Assembly (NCBI GenBank): GCA_020137815.1
Contig: CM035350.1
Coordinates: 3,968,001-4,032,000, forward strand
Source of the DNA: Hormiphora californensis
Lineage: Eukaryota; Animalia; Ctenophora
Reading direction: 5' to 3'
Length of the DNA stretch: 64,000 nucleotides
In this document: one piece after another, positions 1 to 10,174 of the stretch
Position numbering within the stretch: position 1 is the first letter of the stretch
How the letters are laid out: every line of letters starts with the position of its first letter
Notes under the pieces: generated by a model
The model's database searches: none
The model's input: the letters and a program-made list of their open reading frames with translations, nothing else
Told to the model about the DNA's origin: nothing
Program-made: the position numbers and the translations under genes

Positions 1-709
1 GTTTGCCAACTCCCAAAAACATTTGGAACGATCGGAGAAGGTCGGGGCAACTGGCACACCCTAACTGCTAACGAATCCCCCCGGAAAGAACCTGTCCCTG
101 CGGTCAATTGAATCCCATCAGCAGAACTTGTGCTGTGCCGTAAATGCGGACAGTTAAAAAGCGGTTAGCGGACTATAAATTTATATTTTGTATTGTATTG
201 TATTGTATTGTATTGTAATTCAACTGCAAATTTTCGGGGGGGGGGGAGGCTCTGCCCCTTCACGCCCTGGTCTGCCCCTAAACGCCCTGGTCCGTTGTGG
301 GCCCCACCCCCGACACCACATGGGAGGACGCGGCTGAAAGCCGGACACCGCCCCTGCTTCCAATCCTTTGGGTTTGCAAATTAAGGTTTTAAGAATCCAT
401 TTCCCGGACCTGAGTTTTACCTTGAGACTTGTTTGTTTGTTTGTTTGTTTGTGATTGCTGCGTCTGGAGGATGACCTGCCCGAAAGTAGTAGAGGCCGCA
501 CCGAACACGCTTATTAGGCGCCCCAGCACGTCCTCCACTCCGCCGTAGCAAGGCCACCCACCAATCAGTTTATGCAGAGCATGTTACTTCAGACGCTCCA
601 GGAAGACCGTGGTCAACCACTGGCGACACCGAGCGGCGAGACCCGCACGGCGTCGACAGGGGTATCACACTACTCCTGGCCTAAATCAAATTCTAAGGTT
701 TGTGTTAAG

Positions 710-913
710 CTGGATCAGGTATCGTTTTGCCTTTGAGAGATTCTTGAGTTCGTTTGGTCTGGAACAAGGTAACGATTTGCCTTTGAGTGTCTTGAGCTTG
801 TTTTATCTGGAACAAGGTAACGTTTTGCCTTTGTGGTAGTCTTGAGATGTTTTGTTCTGGAACAAGGTAGCAAGTCTTGGACTTGGTCTGGATCAAGGTA
901 ACGTTTTCCATTG
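710..913. repeat. Degenerate tandem repeat, 5 units of ~30-50 bp (core CTGGAACAAGGTAACGTTTTGCCTTTG)
   Basis: Core recurs at ~710, 759, 807, 857 and 888; probably subterminal repeats of a non-autonomous element. Confidence 0.7.
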
Positions 914-1174
914 TGAGTACGGTCTGTCAACAGCGCTAGCTAAATGTACTAAGAATAAGATTTTAATCTCGCAATGGCAACGTTCATATTTTGGATACAA
1001 CTGTACATAACAACGGATTGACAAACTTACGACCTTGATGGATGTGATGGGTACCGTGACGTGTTGGTGATGAGATGTGAAGTGTGTCCATTTCCAGTAG
1101 AGACAAAGATAAACGAAAACGATCAAACACAAATAAGGGGTAGGACAGATTGTAGGGCTAATGGAATGTAAGAT

Positions 1175-2670
1175 CTCCGAAATAGCTCTGAAATTTTTCT
1201 AGAAAAATTCCAGTTCCGAAACAGCCTCCGAAATAGCTTTTGAAATAGCCCTTGAAATAGCTTCCGAAACAGCTCCTGAAATAGCCCCCGAAACAGCTTC
1301 CGAAACAGCTCCGGACGGGTGGCAGAAACGGCTCACACGGCCCATCCGGCAGCCGCACGACCACCACGAACACAAGGACACTCATATAAAAGCGAAAACC
1401 AGTGAACCCGACCAATTTCAATACGCCGAATCACGTGAGCAACTCTGGCAAGCGCTCAGATTCGAAGAAAGCGCCCCAACCGAGCACAATTGGGTGCAAT
1501 TGACCGGACCCACAACCCTTCTCCCGAAAACGCTACAAGTCAATGCGAGGGCACTTCTCCGACCAAATTCGATACGCCGAACCACTCAAGCAACTTTTCC
1601 CAGTCCCAAAAGGCGGGGAAATTGCCCCAATTGAGTCTGATTAGGTCTAATTGACCATAATTGCTCAATTAGGACACTTTCTTCACCTCTGAGGGCTCGG
1701 AAAAGCCGCTTACGTGATTCAGCGTACCAAAATTAGTCGGGAACACCGGCTCCCGCTCCTATACGAACGCTCTTGTGCTCACAATGATCGCGCAGCCGCC
1801 AGACGAGCCACACGAGCCGCCTCTACCACCCGGTCCGAAGCCGTTTCAAAAGCTATTTCAAAACTACTTCAAAAATAGGTACTTCAAAACTAGTTTGATC
1901 TGAATATAAAAGCGAAAACCAGTGTACCCGACCAATTCCAATACGCCGAATCACGCGAGCAACTCTGGCAAGCGCTCAGATGTGAAGAAAGCGCCCCAAT
2001 TGAGCACAATTGGGTGCAACCGACCGGACTCACAACCCCTCTCCCGAAAACGCTAGAAGTCAATGCGAGGGCACCCCTCCGACCAATTCCAATACGCCGA
2101 ATCACGCAAACAACCCCTCCAAGCCCCCAGAGGTGAAGAAAGTGTCCTAATTGAGCAATTATGGTCAATTAGACATAATCAGACTCAATTAGGGCAATTT
2201 CCCCGCCTCTTAGGGCCCGGAAAAGTTGCTCACGCGATTCAGCGTATCAAAGTTAGTCGGAAAAGCGCCCCCACACCAACTCATAGCGCCTCCAGGAGAA
2301 AAGTTGCAAGTCCGGCCAATCACACCCAACTACGCTCAACCAGGGCACCCTCCCCACATCCGAGCGCCCGCCAGAGCCGCTCACGCGACCCGACGCATCA
2401 AAATCAGTCGGGTACACTGGTTTTCGCTTTTATGTGAATGTCCTTGTGTTCACAATGACCGTGCAGCCGCCAGATGAGCCACACGAGCCGTCTCCACCAC
2501 CCGTCCAAAGCCGCTTCAAAAGCCATTTCAAAAGCCATTTCAAAAGCTATTTCAAAAGCCACTTCAAAAGCCATTTCAAAAGCCACTTCAAAAGCCACTT
2601 CAAAAGCCATTTCAAAACCAAAATCCCTCCAAAAAAATTTCAAAACTATCTCAAAACTACTTCAAAACTA
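1175..2670. repeat. Composite foldback (inverted-repeat) element, two partly duplicated units with 12-bp tandem arrays at the outer ends
   Basis: 1175-1600 is the imperfect reverse complement of ~2215-2656. 1385-1600 is directly repeated at 1904-2120. The 12-mers TTGAAATAGCTT / AAGCYAYTTCAA occur at 1215-1312 and 2508-2615. Confidence 0.9.
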
Positions 2671-2847
2671 GTTCGAACTTCGAATTACAAGCGATTCACA
2701 GGCCACCATGCATCTTTGCAATTGCTCCAGGGCGAGCCATTTCTCCCACCACAGATTGTCTCTGTAGTGGCGTGTTTCACAAAGTCCTCTACTTTGGGAC
2801 GGGCCAGGGTGGGGGAGGTGGGTGGGGTGGAGGGGTGGGTGGTGGCT

Positions 2848-3529
2848 AGTACAAGAAAACGAGCAGGGATTGAGTGCGTTAGAGATCAGATATTAGAGGT
2901 ACTGTGTTGAAAGATACAGAAAAGGGGCACCATTTGACAGAATGACTGAACCAAACTAGGCGATACGGTTGCAAAGTGATAGATTTAGGATTAAAGAGAG
3001 ACTTAGACGGGTGTATGTCAGTGTAACAGAGCATTCAAAATGAAGCAAATATGAAACTGCAAATGTATGAACTGTTTGTGAGAGAGTTTGGAGAATCCCG
3101 GTAATTCGTTTATGTCACACATCCGCAAAGTTATTCTGTATCCAGAATGCAGGATGATGCAGGGACAGTTTTAATGCTACTGAGACCACAGTTTTGAAGA
3201 TAGAAACTTGAAATTTTGGGAATTATTAGGGGATATAGTGGAGCATTGGCACAAGGAGTATGTTTTGAGACAGAGCAATATTATGGACGTGACCTGAGTA
3301 CAAGAAAACGAGCAGGGATTGAGTGCGTTAGAGATCAGATATTAGAGGTACTGTGCTGAAAGATACAGAAAAGGAGCACTATTTGACAGAATGACTGAAC
3401 CAAACTAGGCGATACGGTTGTAAAGTGATAGATTTAGGATTAAAGAGAGACTTAGACGGGTGTATGTCAGTGTAACAGAGCATTCAAAATGAAACAAATA
3501 TGAAACTGCAAATGTATGAACTGTTTGTG
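2848..3529 (+). repeat. Direct repeat pair of ~233 bp (2848-3080 and 3297-3529)
   Basis: Near-identical copies from AGTACAAGAAAACGAGCAGGG to AATGTATGAACTGTTTGTG, separated by 216 bp. Confidence 0.85.
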
Positions 3530-3934
3530 CGAATAGGGGGGTGGCAACTTCAAAAAATCCGACTTTTTTGGTGGATGATCCGATAAGAAGATTAACAGTA
3601 GACTGGAATTGCCAATTCCGAATTGGTAATGATAAGTTACCCCTCCGTGCAAGCTCCACTTGTACATCGTATTAACTATGATATATGAGTTATGACTGGT
3701 CCATTAGGGGTGACTTCGTAACGAAAGACTGGAACCTAATTAATTAATGATAAATAATGGCTGTACAATATGCAAACGCAGAAATTTGATATCAATATCA
3801 ATACCAATAATTACATTTGAAACTTGAAAGTTGCGGAAAAAAGCATACCAAAGTCCGACACTCAACACCAAACGCAGCATGACAACATAACAAAAAGGTC
3901 GTTCAACAACAAAACTCATTGATAAGGAAAATGT

Positions 3935-6900
3935 TCAATCTCGTCTTATAATCTCCTTCATTTCTATTTCAACAGGAACCACTTCACCAGGACGTACTGT
4001 AGATTTCTTCAACAACCCCACAAAAATCACAATATCATCGTAAAGAATCAGTATGGGGTTGATGATGGAATTGCAAGGCAGGAAGAAGATGGAGAAGTAC
4101 CGGTACATGTGAGAGAAGTCAAAGTACTCGGTGTAGTGCATTGCACAAACGATCATAAATGGAACCCAGGTGAAGATATCCGTGGCAACAAGCACTGATA
4201 TTTTTCGTTGAAGTTTCCTATTCCTTTTAATCAGTGCAACGTTTTTGTTTTCTCCTCCCACCGCCTCGCTAGATTTTAGTGTAACAATATTGATTACCAG
4301 ATAACATATTGCAATCGAAATAACACACAACAAGTTGCTAACCTGTACCGCTCCTATGTACCAAATCTGTGGATTATCGGTTCGGACAAAGAAGTTGAAG
4401 AGACAGATCCCACTGGTGGCATAAAAGCTCAGACTCTTCACTCTCGGAGAGGTATCGTTGTACATATCTCCAACAAGGTATCGCAATGTTTTCCAATCCA
4501 TCTCCCCACCATCGGAAACTGCCTGAAACCGACCGTAGTACCCGAGCAGAATTTTATAGTTTGCCTCCTTGTTAATTGAACCAACAAAGTACTTGTTGTT
4601 TTCATACACCACACTCCTCACAAAGAAATCTTCCAAATAAGGAATTACCGGAACAGCCGCAATAACACTCGCCAAAACTAATATGCCAAGTGTTGCAGAG
4701 GCAAGTTTTACCAGATATTTTCGGTTCAGATTAGCTTTAAAGGAAATTTCTGCACTCAATATACCTTTCATCCTTATGAAACTCAAGAGGGACATCGAGT
4801 ATAGAGAGATGAGCGATCCAATAGTGGCAAAAATTCCCAGAAAAGGACAGAGTGGCTTTGTTAGCCATTCGAACTGGGATTCACAGGTGCTCTTGTTGAA
4901 AAAAGTGTCTCCAATAGCCACACAGAGGAGAAACAAACCCTGCAAAAAGTCACCGAATGATATAACCAAAACAAATGCTTTGTTCGTTCTACCACGGTTC
5001 GTTTCTAGTTCAAAGAACTCATTGAAGCCTTGAACCAGGACAACAACGTTCAGAACCACTGCTACAATTCCGATGACCCATGCAGAAACTTTTAAAAAAA
5101 CATTCGGGAGAATCTTGACTGTAGTGGTACAATCCTCGTTGCATTCATCAGAAAAGTCCTGGCAGTCAAATATACCGTCACACCTTCTAGACTTTGCAAC
5201 AAACTCTTTCGTGTCTGTGCACTGAAAGTTATTTTCACATCTTATCTCATCACTCTGGTCACCGCAATCGTCCACAAGGTCGCATACTTTGGAGTAGGGT
5301 ACACATCGGAGGTTGGAACAACCAAATAAGTTGTTTGTGAATGTCCCATTGGGGCCTTGTACAACTCTAGTTAGCTGGTGGGCAGTATTAATTGTCAAGA
5401 ACCGTTCGGAATGAGTCGGGGCACACGACCCTTCCAGAAGAGGCTCCAGGGGGCAGGAAACAGTACAGACGCCTGTGCAGGATAGGTAGACGTACAGCTC
5501 TCCAAATATATCTTCACATGATTGTTGGTAGCTGACTGGCAAAATCAGTTGAGTGTTTTTGGTGTAAAGTGCCTTGGGGCCAATATAAAACTCCTTCTCT
5601 ATGCACGGTTCTATGTGCCGGGAAAGGCTCTTAAGTCCCGGGAGACAATATAATATATTCTTTTTGTATCCTAATTCAGTCGTCCAAACCTCAGCTCCCA
5701 GCTTATCGTTTCTCCTTGAAATGAGGCAGAGAATGTTATCACAGTAGTTTGTGTCAGTACATGCTACATCAGATCGCAGCAAGGCGGTAGGGTGGCCTGG
5801 ACATTTTAGCATAACCATCCCAAGGCAAGATGACGGACTGAGTGACTTGAGCTGTAATGTTCCAAGACCACACTTAGTGTACCACTTTCTATCTTTTTCG
5901 TCATCGCCATTTTCACAGTCCTCGATACCATCTCCGATCCATTCATTTGGAAATTGAATGGGAATCCTTTTTTCTGTCATGTACTTTCTTGTACACGAAA
6001 AATCGTCGGCCATATATGCATTTCCTATTTCATCTTCCCCGCCCTCACAGTCCAACTTACCATCGCACAACTGATGCTTGTGAATGGTGCATTGCCAGCC
6101 TGGTGTTCGACACATCTTATCAATGCCATCATCGCATAACTGCTTGTTTCGGGTTATCGATCCACAAACCATTCGCTTTGAGACTGTAGTCGGGAACCCA
6201 TTTACATTGCAAACCAGGGGAGAGCTAGCTGGTGTGTTGGGTTCACTCACCGAACAGTTCATCTGATCACGGTAGTTGCTGCAAACAAGTGATGATTTTG
6301 TGTTAGCATCGATAGGACCGCACATGTTTTCTTGGATGATTATTCGTTTGTTCGTCATGGTTACAAAATTAATGTTTTCGCAAATGGCAACCTGCTGTGA
6401 TATACACGATGCTTCATCTTTGTTATCGAAACAATGTTTAACCCCGTCGCATACGTATTTGGGTTGAATATAAACCATTTTCCGTTCTTTAGATCTACAA
6501 AAAATACCAAACTGCCGGCCGTAGCAGTTAGCCTCGTCGGAGCACGAAACACAGTCGCATTTTTCATCGCATGTGTTTCCGCGACTAACAAACTCCTCCA
6601 TTCTCCTCTTCCGGTTACTTAATACGCATCTGAAAGTTCGAGTGTTCAAGTCCATGTCACACTCATACTCGTCTACAGGGGTATTTTCTTTTGTGTTCCG
6701 ACAATCAGCAACGCCATCGCACCGAAAGAAATTGTTATTGCTGGCAGAATACCAATCTCGATCAAAAACGGATAGTAATTTCTGTTTTTTAGTAGATATT
6801 TCACATGGATACGTTAGACAAACTGCATGATTTTTCCTCAAGGCTGTCCCGTAGACGATGTCATTTTTAAAGTTGTTGATACCACACAACTGGTAGGACG

Positions 6901-7210
6901 TTGGATCATCTGGACATATCATGTTGGTCTTGGCATCTCCAAATTTCAATATGTTATAAATCTGGTAGAATAGGTTCCTCGATGGATCACTAAACGGACA
7001 CCGGTTCGCCTTTTTGTTCAACACGATGCATTGCTCGCGGAGGTAATCCTCATTATCAGCGATGATGGTGCATTTGGAAGGAGGGAAACTGGTGACGTTT
7101 TCCCACATGTCAGTTAGACTGATCCCCATCCAAGGGGTCCAAGTCAGCATTTGGGCCTTCATTGGACAAACCAGAAAGATAACGGACAAGACTATTATAG
7201 TGGGCAACAT
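3935..7210 (-). CDS. Intronless LDLa-repeat class-A GPCR (GRL101/LGR-type 7TM, no LRRs), ~1091 aa
   Basis: ATG at 7210 with a signal peptide (MLPTIIVLSVIFLVCPMKA). Many LDLa motifs (CDGVKHCFDNKDE, CDGKLDCEGGEDE, CDLVDDCGDQSDE, CDGIFDCQDFSDE). Seven hydrophobic helices with LGR-like motifs (LNVVVL, SFGDFLQG, FEWLTKPLC, TDIFTWVPF, NSIINPIL). Confidence 0.92.
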   Translation of the reverse strand: MLPTIIVLSVIFLVCPMKAQMLTWTPWMGISLTDMWENVTSFPPSKCTIIADNEDYLREQCIVLNKKANRCPFSDPSRNLFYQIYNILKFGDAKTNMICPDDPTSYQLCGINNFKNDIVYGTALRKNHAVCLTYPCEISTKKQKLLSVFDRDWYSASNNNFFRCDGVADCRNTKENTPVDEYECDMDLNTRTFRCVLSNRKRRMEEFVSRGNTCDEKCDCVSCSDEANCYGRQFGIFCRSKERKMVYIQPKYVCDGVKHCFDNKDEASCISQQVAICENINFVTMTNKRIIIQENMCGPIDANTKSSLVCSNYRDQMNCSVSEPNTPASSPLVCNVNGFPTTVSKRMVCGSITRNKQLCDDGIDKMCRTPGWQCTIHKHQLCDGKLDCEGGEDEIGNAYMADDFSCTRKYMTEKRIPIQFPNEWIGDGIEDCENGDDEKDRKWYTKCGLGTLQLKSLSPSSCLGMVMLKCPGHPTALLRSDVACTDTNYCDNILCLISRRNDKLGAEVWTTELGYKKNILYCLPGLKSLSRHIEPCIEKEFYIGPKALYTKNTQLILPVSYQQSCEDIFGELYVYLSCTGVCTVSCPLEPLLEGSCAPTHSERFLTINTAHQLTRVVQGPNGTFTNNLFGCSNLRCVPYSKVCDLVDDCGDQSDEIRCENNFQCTDTKEFVAKSRRCDGIFDCQDFSDECNEDCTTTVKILPNVFLKVSAWVIGIVAVVLNVVVLVQGFNEFFELETNRGRTNKAFVLVISFGDFLQGLFLLCVAIGDTFFNKSTCESQFEWLTKPLCPFLGIFATIGSLISLYSMSLLSFIRMKGILSAEISFKANLNRKYLVKLASATLGILVLASVIAAVPVIPYLEDFFVRSVVYENNKYFVGSINKEANYKILLGYYGRFQAVSDGGEMDWKTLRYLVGDMYNDTSPRVKSLSFYATSGICLFNFFVRTDNPQIWYIGAVQVSNLLCVISIAICYLVINIVTLKSSEAVGGENKNVALIKRNRKLQRKISVLVATDIFTWVPFMIVCAMHYTEYFDFSHMYRYFSIFFLPCNSIINPILILYDDIVIFVGLLKKSTVRPGEVVPVEIEMKEIIRRD

Positions 7211-7298
7211 AATCAATGCAGTTACGCAACCTTGAGTATCAAAAACGAAGTGTGTCTAATTTCGCGTTGTGGAACCATTTATAAAAGTAACGCTACTT

Positions 7299-7525
7299 GC
7301 GAGTTGTATTGTTGTATAAAAATGCTCATATATCAGATGATTTATAGAATATCTCGCTGTGATAGGGTTGTCGCATATAGCGTTAGTTTTTTAAATGGTC
7401 TGAGATGGCGATTTAAAAAACTAACACTCTTTGCGACAAATCACAGCGAGTTGTATTGTTGTATAAAAATGCTCATATATCAGATGATTTATAAAATATC
7501 TAGCTGTGATAGGGTTGTCGCATAT
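7299..7525. repeat. 80-bp direct repeat (7299-7378, 7446-7525) just upstream of the GPCR
   Basis: GCGAGTTGTATTGTTGTATAAAAATGCTC...GGGTTGTCGCATAT occurs twice in the divergent GPCR/ATG9 intergenic region. Confidence 0.8.
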
Positions 7526-8301
7526 TAGAATCTAACAATGCACATAATGGGTGTCACGTGTCTTGTGGCACGTGCTGACATGATCTAAATTAAAGAGCTT
7601 ACTGGTGGATCGAAAATTTCGGCGTGCTTACATTTCGATTCGAAATGAAAGTGCACGCCTGGGGGGAGCTACATCATTATTATAGGCAGGTTATAATGAT
7701 GATCCTGCTATAGAACGGAGTTTAGATCACGTGGTGCTGTAGAACAGATAATTTTGAGTGGTGCATTCTGGAGCATATCACCATGACGCTCCAGAATGCA
7801 GCTCAGTGAAACGGTAATTGTTGACCATCTGCATTCAGTTATAGTTATTTTACCGTCGTAGCTAATCACAATAGAAGAGGGCATTCTGCCGAAGAGGGCA
7901 TTCTGCCGAAACGTTTGATTTTTGTTTTGAAAATTCCTTGTTCTGAATGTCTGACACAACTCCGGAAAACGTGAGGAACACAGCAGCTATCAGCTGCAAC
8001 CCACCCACAATAGAGACATGATCACAGCGCTGGCAAGCGCCCCGGAGCTTGAGGAACTAAGGACTCCCTCTCTCTCCTGAACACAAAGAAAGGTCTGTAA
8101 GTGTATGTGGTATAGTGGTTGGTATAACTATAAGGTCCAAATATGGCACCTGGTACAAAGCTTTTTTTTTTGACTGGCCGAATCTTTTGTGGTGCAAGCC
8201 CAAATTTTCCTCTACTCAAAACAACTGCATGTTTGTGTACCCACTTTCGAAATTTAAACTAACCATGCTGGTCCAAATATTGGTGTATTATATCCCCCGT
8301 A

Positions 8302-8466
8302 CAGTGGTGCTCCGTCATATTGGCCGCCCGCTTAAAGCGTCGCCAAAGCGTTGTCCACGACGTCTAAGACACATTCCGCTAACATGCTTTTTCTTCACGT
8401 CTTGGACGTCGTGGACAACGTTTCGGGCGGTACTGTGCGGGCCGTCATTATGATGGAGCACCACTG
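8302..8466. mobile_element. Tc1/mariner-like MITE
   Basis: TIR CAGTGGTGCTCCRTCATA ... TATGATGGAGCACCACTG, preceded by TA; the right flank is not TA. Confidence 0.6.
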
Positions 8467-8638
8467 TTAAATGTACAAATGCAAATCTTCTCAGACTTGG
8501 TCCTGACTCCATACAGTTCCAGAATGAGCTGATGAGTTTATGAGAGTAAATATTTGTTAGTGTATGACTATCATGGGTATCAAATTCACATAGGGTCTAT
8601 GACATGTGAGAGAGATAAGAACTAGCAAGGACACCCGA

Positions 8639-10121
8639 ATGTCATTGTTCAAGCAGCAGAAATATGACCGGTTACTTGAGTCCGATGAAGAAGCACCCCC
8701 TGAGGTCCAGCTCCTAACAAATCACGATTCAAACCGATGGAGCCAGATCCAAAATTTGGATGATTTCTTTACAAGGACGTACAATTACCATCGGAACAAT
8801 GGATTTTGGTGCATGGTGATCAACGAGTTTCTACAACTTTTGTAAGTCTACTTTGTACCTTGTATTTTTGTATGCGTACGAAATTCTAAAATATCTGACA
8901 AAAACCTACCAATTATCTTTCACTTTCAGGCAATTTGCGTTTGTTGTCTTCTTTGTCCTGTTTCTGACGTGTTGCGTGGATTATGACAAATTAGGACAAA
9001 GTGATCCTAACATCTTTGATGCTATTGATTGGAGTGGACTTCACAAGTAAATAGGATGTTCTTAAGAATAGTCAAAACTTGTTATGTTCTACCCCTCCTT
9101 TACATTTGTAAAGGTTTCGTGTGCGAAACAGAGTCTAGCTAGGCAAGTCAAAACAATAAAAATCATCCCGATTTATTAATTCGTGAATTTAGAACTAGAT
9201 AATAGATAATCTCCCCTCCCCAAGGATTCATGGATTTGTGGCGCTGATGGTGCTTGTGGCAGTTGGCTATTGGTCCTGGAACTGTGCTCAATTTGTATGG
9301 AACACATCCAAATATTTGGAAATAAAGATTTTCTACCGGGACGTTCTCAAAATACCTGAGGTTAGATAGTTGTTGAGAATTTAGGAAGAAGTAGAGAGAA
9401 GGGAAAATAATTGGGAACGGATCCAAGCTTTATTTGTTTACACTATTCTACATTATCCCTGAATCGTTAGTATAAACCCGCTTATCCAGGACACTATTAG
9501 TAACCTTGAGTGGACAGAAGTTCAGGCGAAACTGATCGAGTCCCAGAAGCAGGTCCAGTTGTGTCTTCACAAAGACACTCTCACTGAGCTAGGTAAGATT
9601 TGTTCGGCCCTGTCTCCCCCAAATGTAAAGGTCAAAGGAGGGCTAGAACATAGCAAGATCACCGGCTTTTAACTGTGCAGTGTTTGGGCGGATAAAGCTA
9701 AGTACCGAACATACTTGTTATGTTCTAACCCTTCTTTACATTTGTAAACAGTGTGAGGGTGGCAGTGGTAAAAAGGGGAATTAGTTATTTCCGGTACAAC
9801 CTAGAGACAATGTAATTAGTTTGCACACAATATAACTGGAAACAGACACAAATATCGTGGCACACACTTTTGTGTCTTAGAACAGCAACTATTTTCTAAT
9901 TCAAGTATACACTTTCAGATGTATCAAATCGAATACTGCGGATGGACAACTATAAAGTTGCAATGATAAACAAAAAGGTCCTTCCGTACTCCTTCAATTT
10001 TCCAATCATGGGACAGAGAGTGTTCCTTCCTAAAATGCTGATGGTGAACCTGGAGTTTATTCTCTTTAATGGTCCCCGTGCACCTTTCAAGTGAGTTGGT
10101 GGCTGATCTATGGGTTGCACA

Positions 10122-10174
<53 letters not shown>

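Noticed and set aside
1-63. Tiny hAT-like MITE (GTTTGCCAAC...CTGGCACACCCTA)
   Set aside because: The left end and TSD are cut off by the window edge, so it cannot be confirmed.
2694-2810. Protein-like minus-strand stretch LARPKVEDFVKHATTETICGGRNGSPWSNCKDAWWPVNRL*
   Set aside because: No start codon or splice acceptor upstream and no recognisable family.
1158-2910. ORFs with FKSH/AISK/AFEM repeats
   Set aside because: They are translations of the 12-bp tandem arrays of the foldback, open in several frames on both strands.
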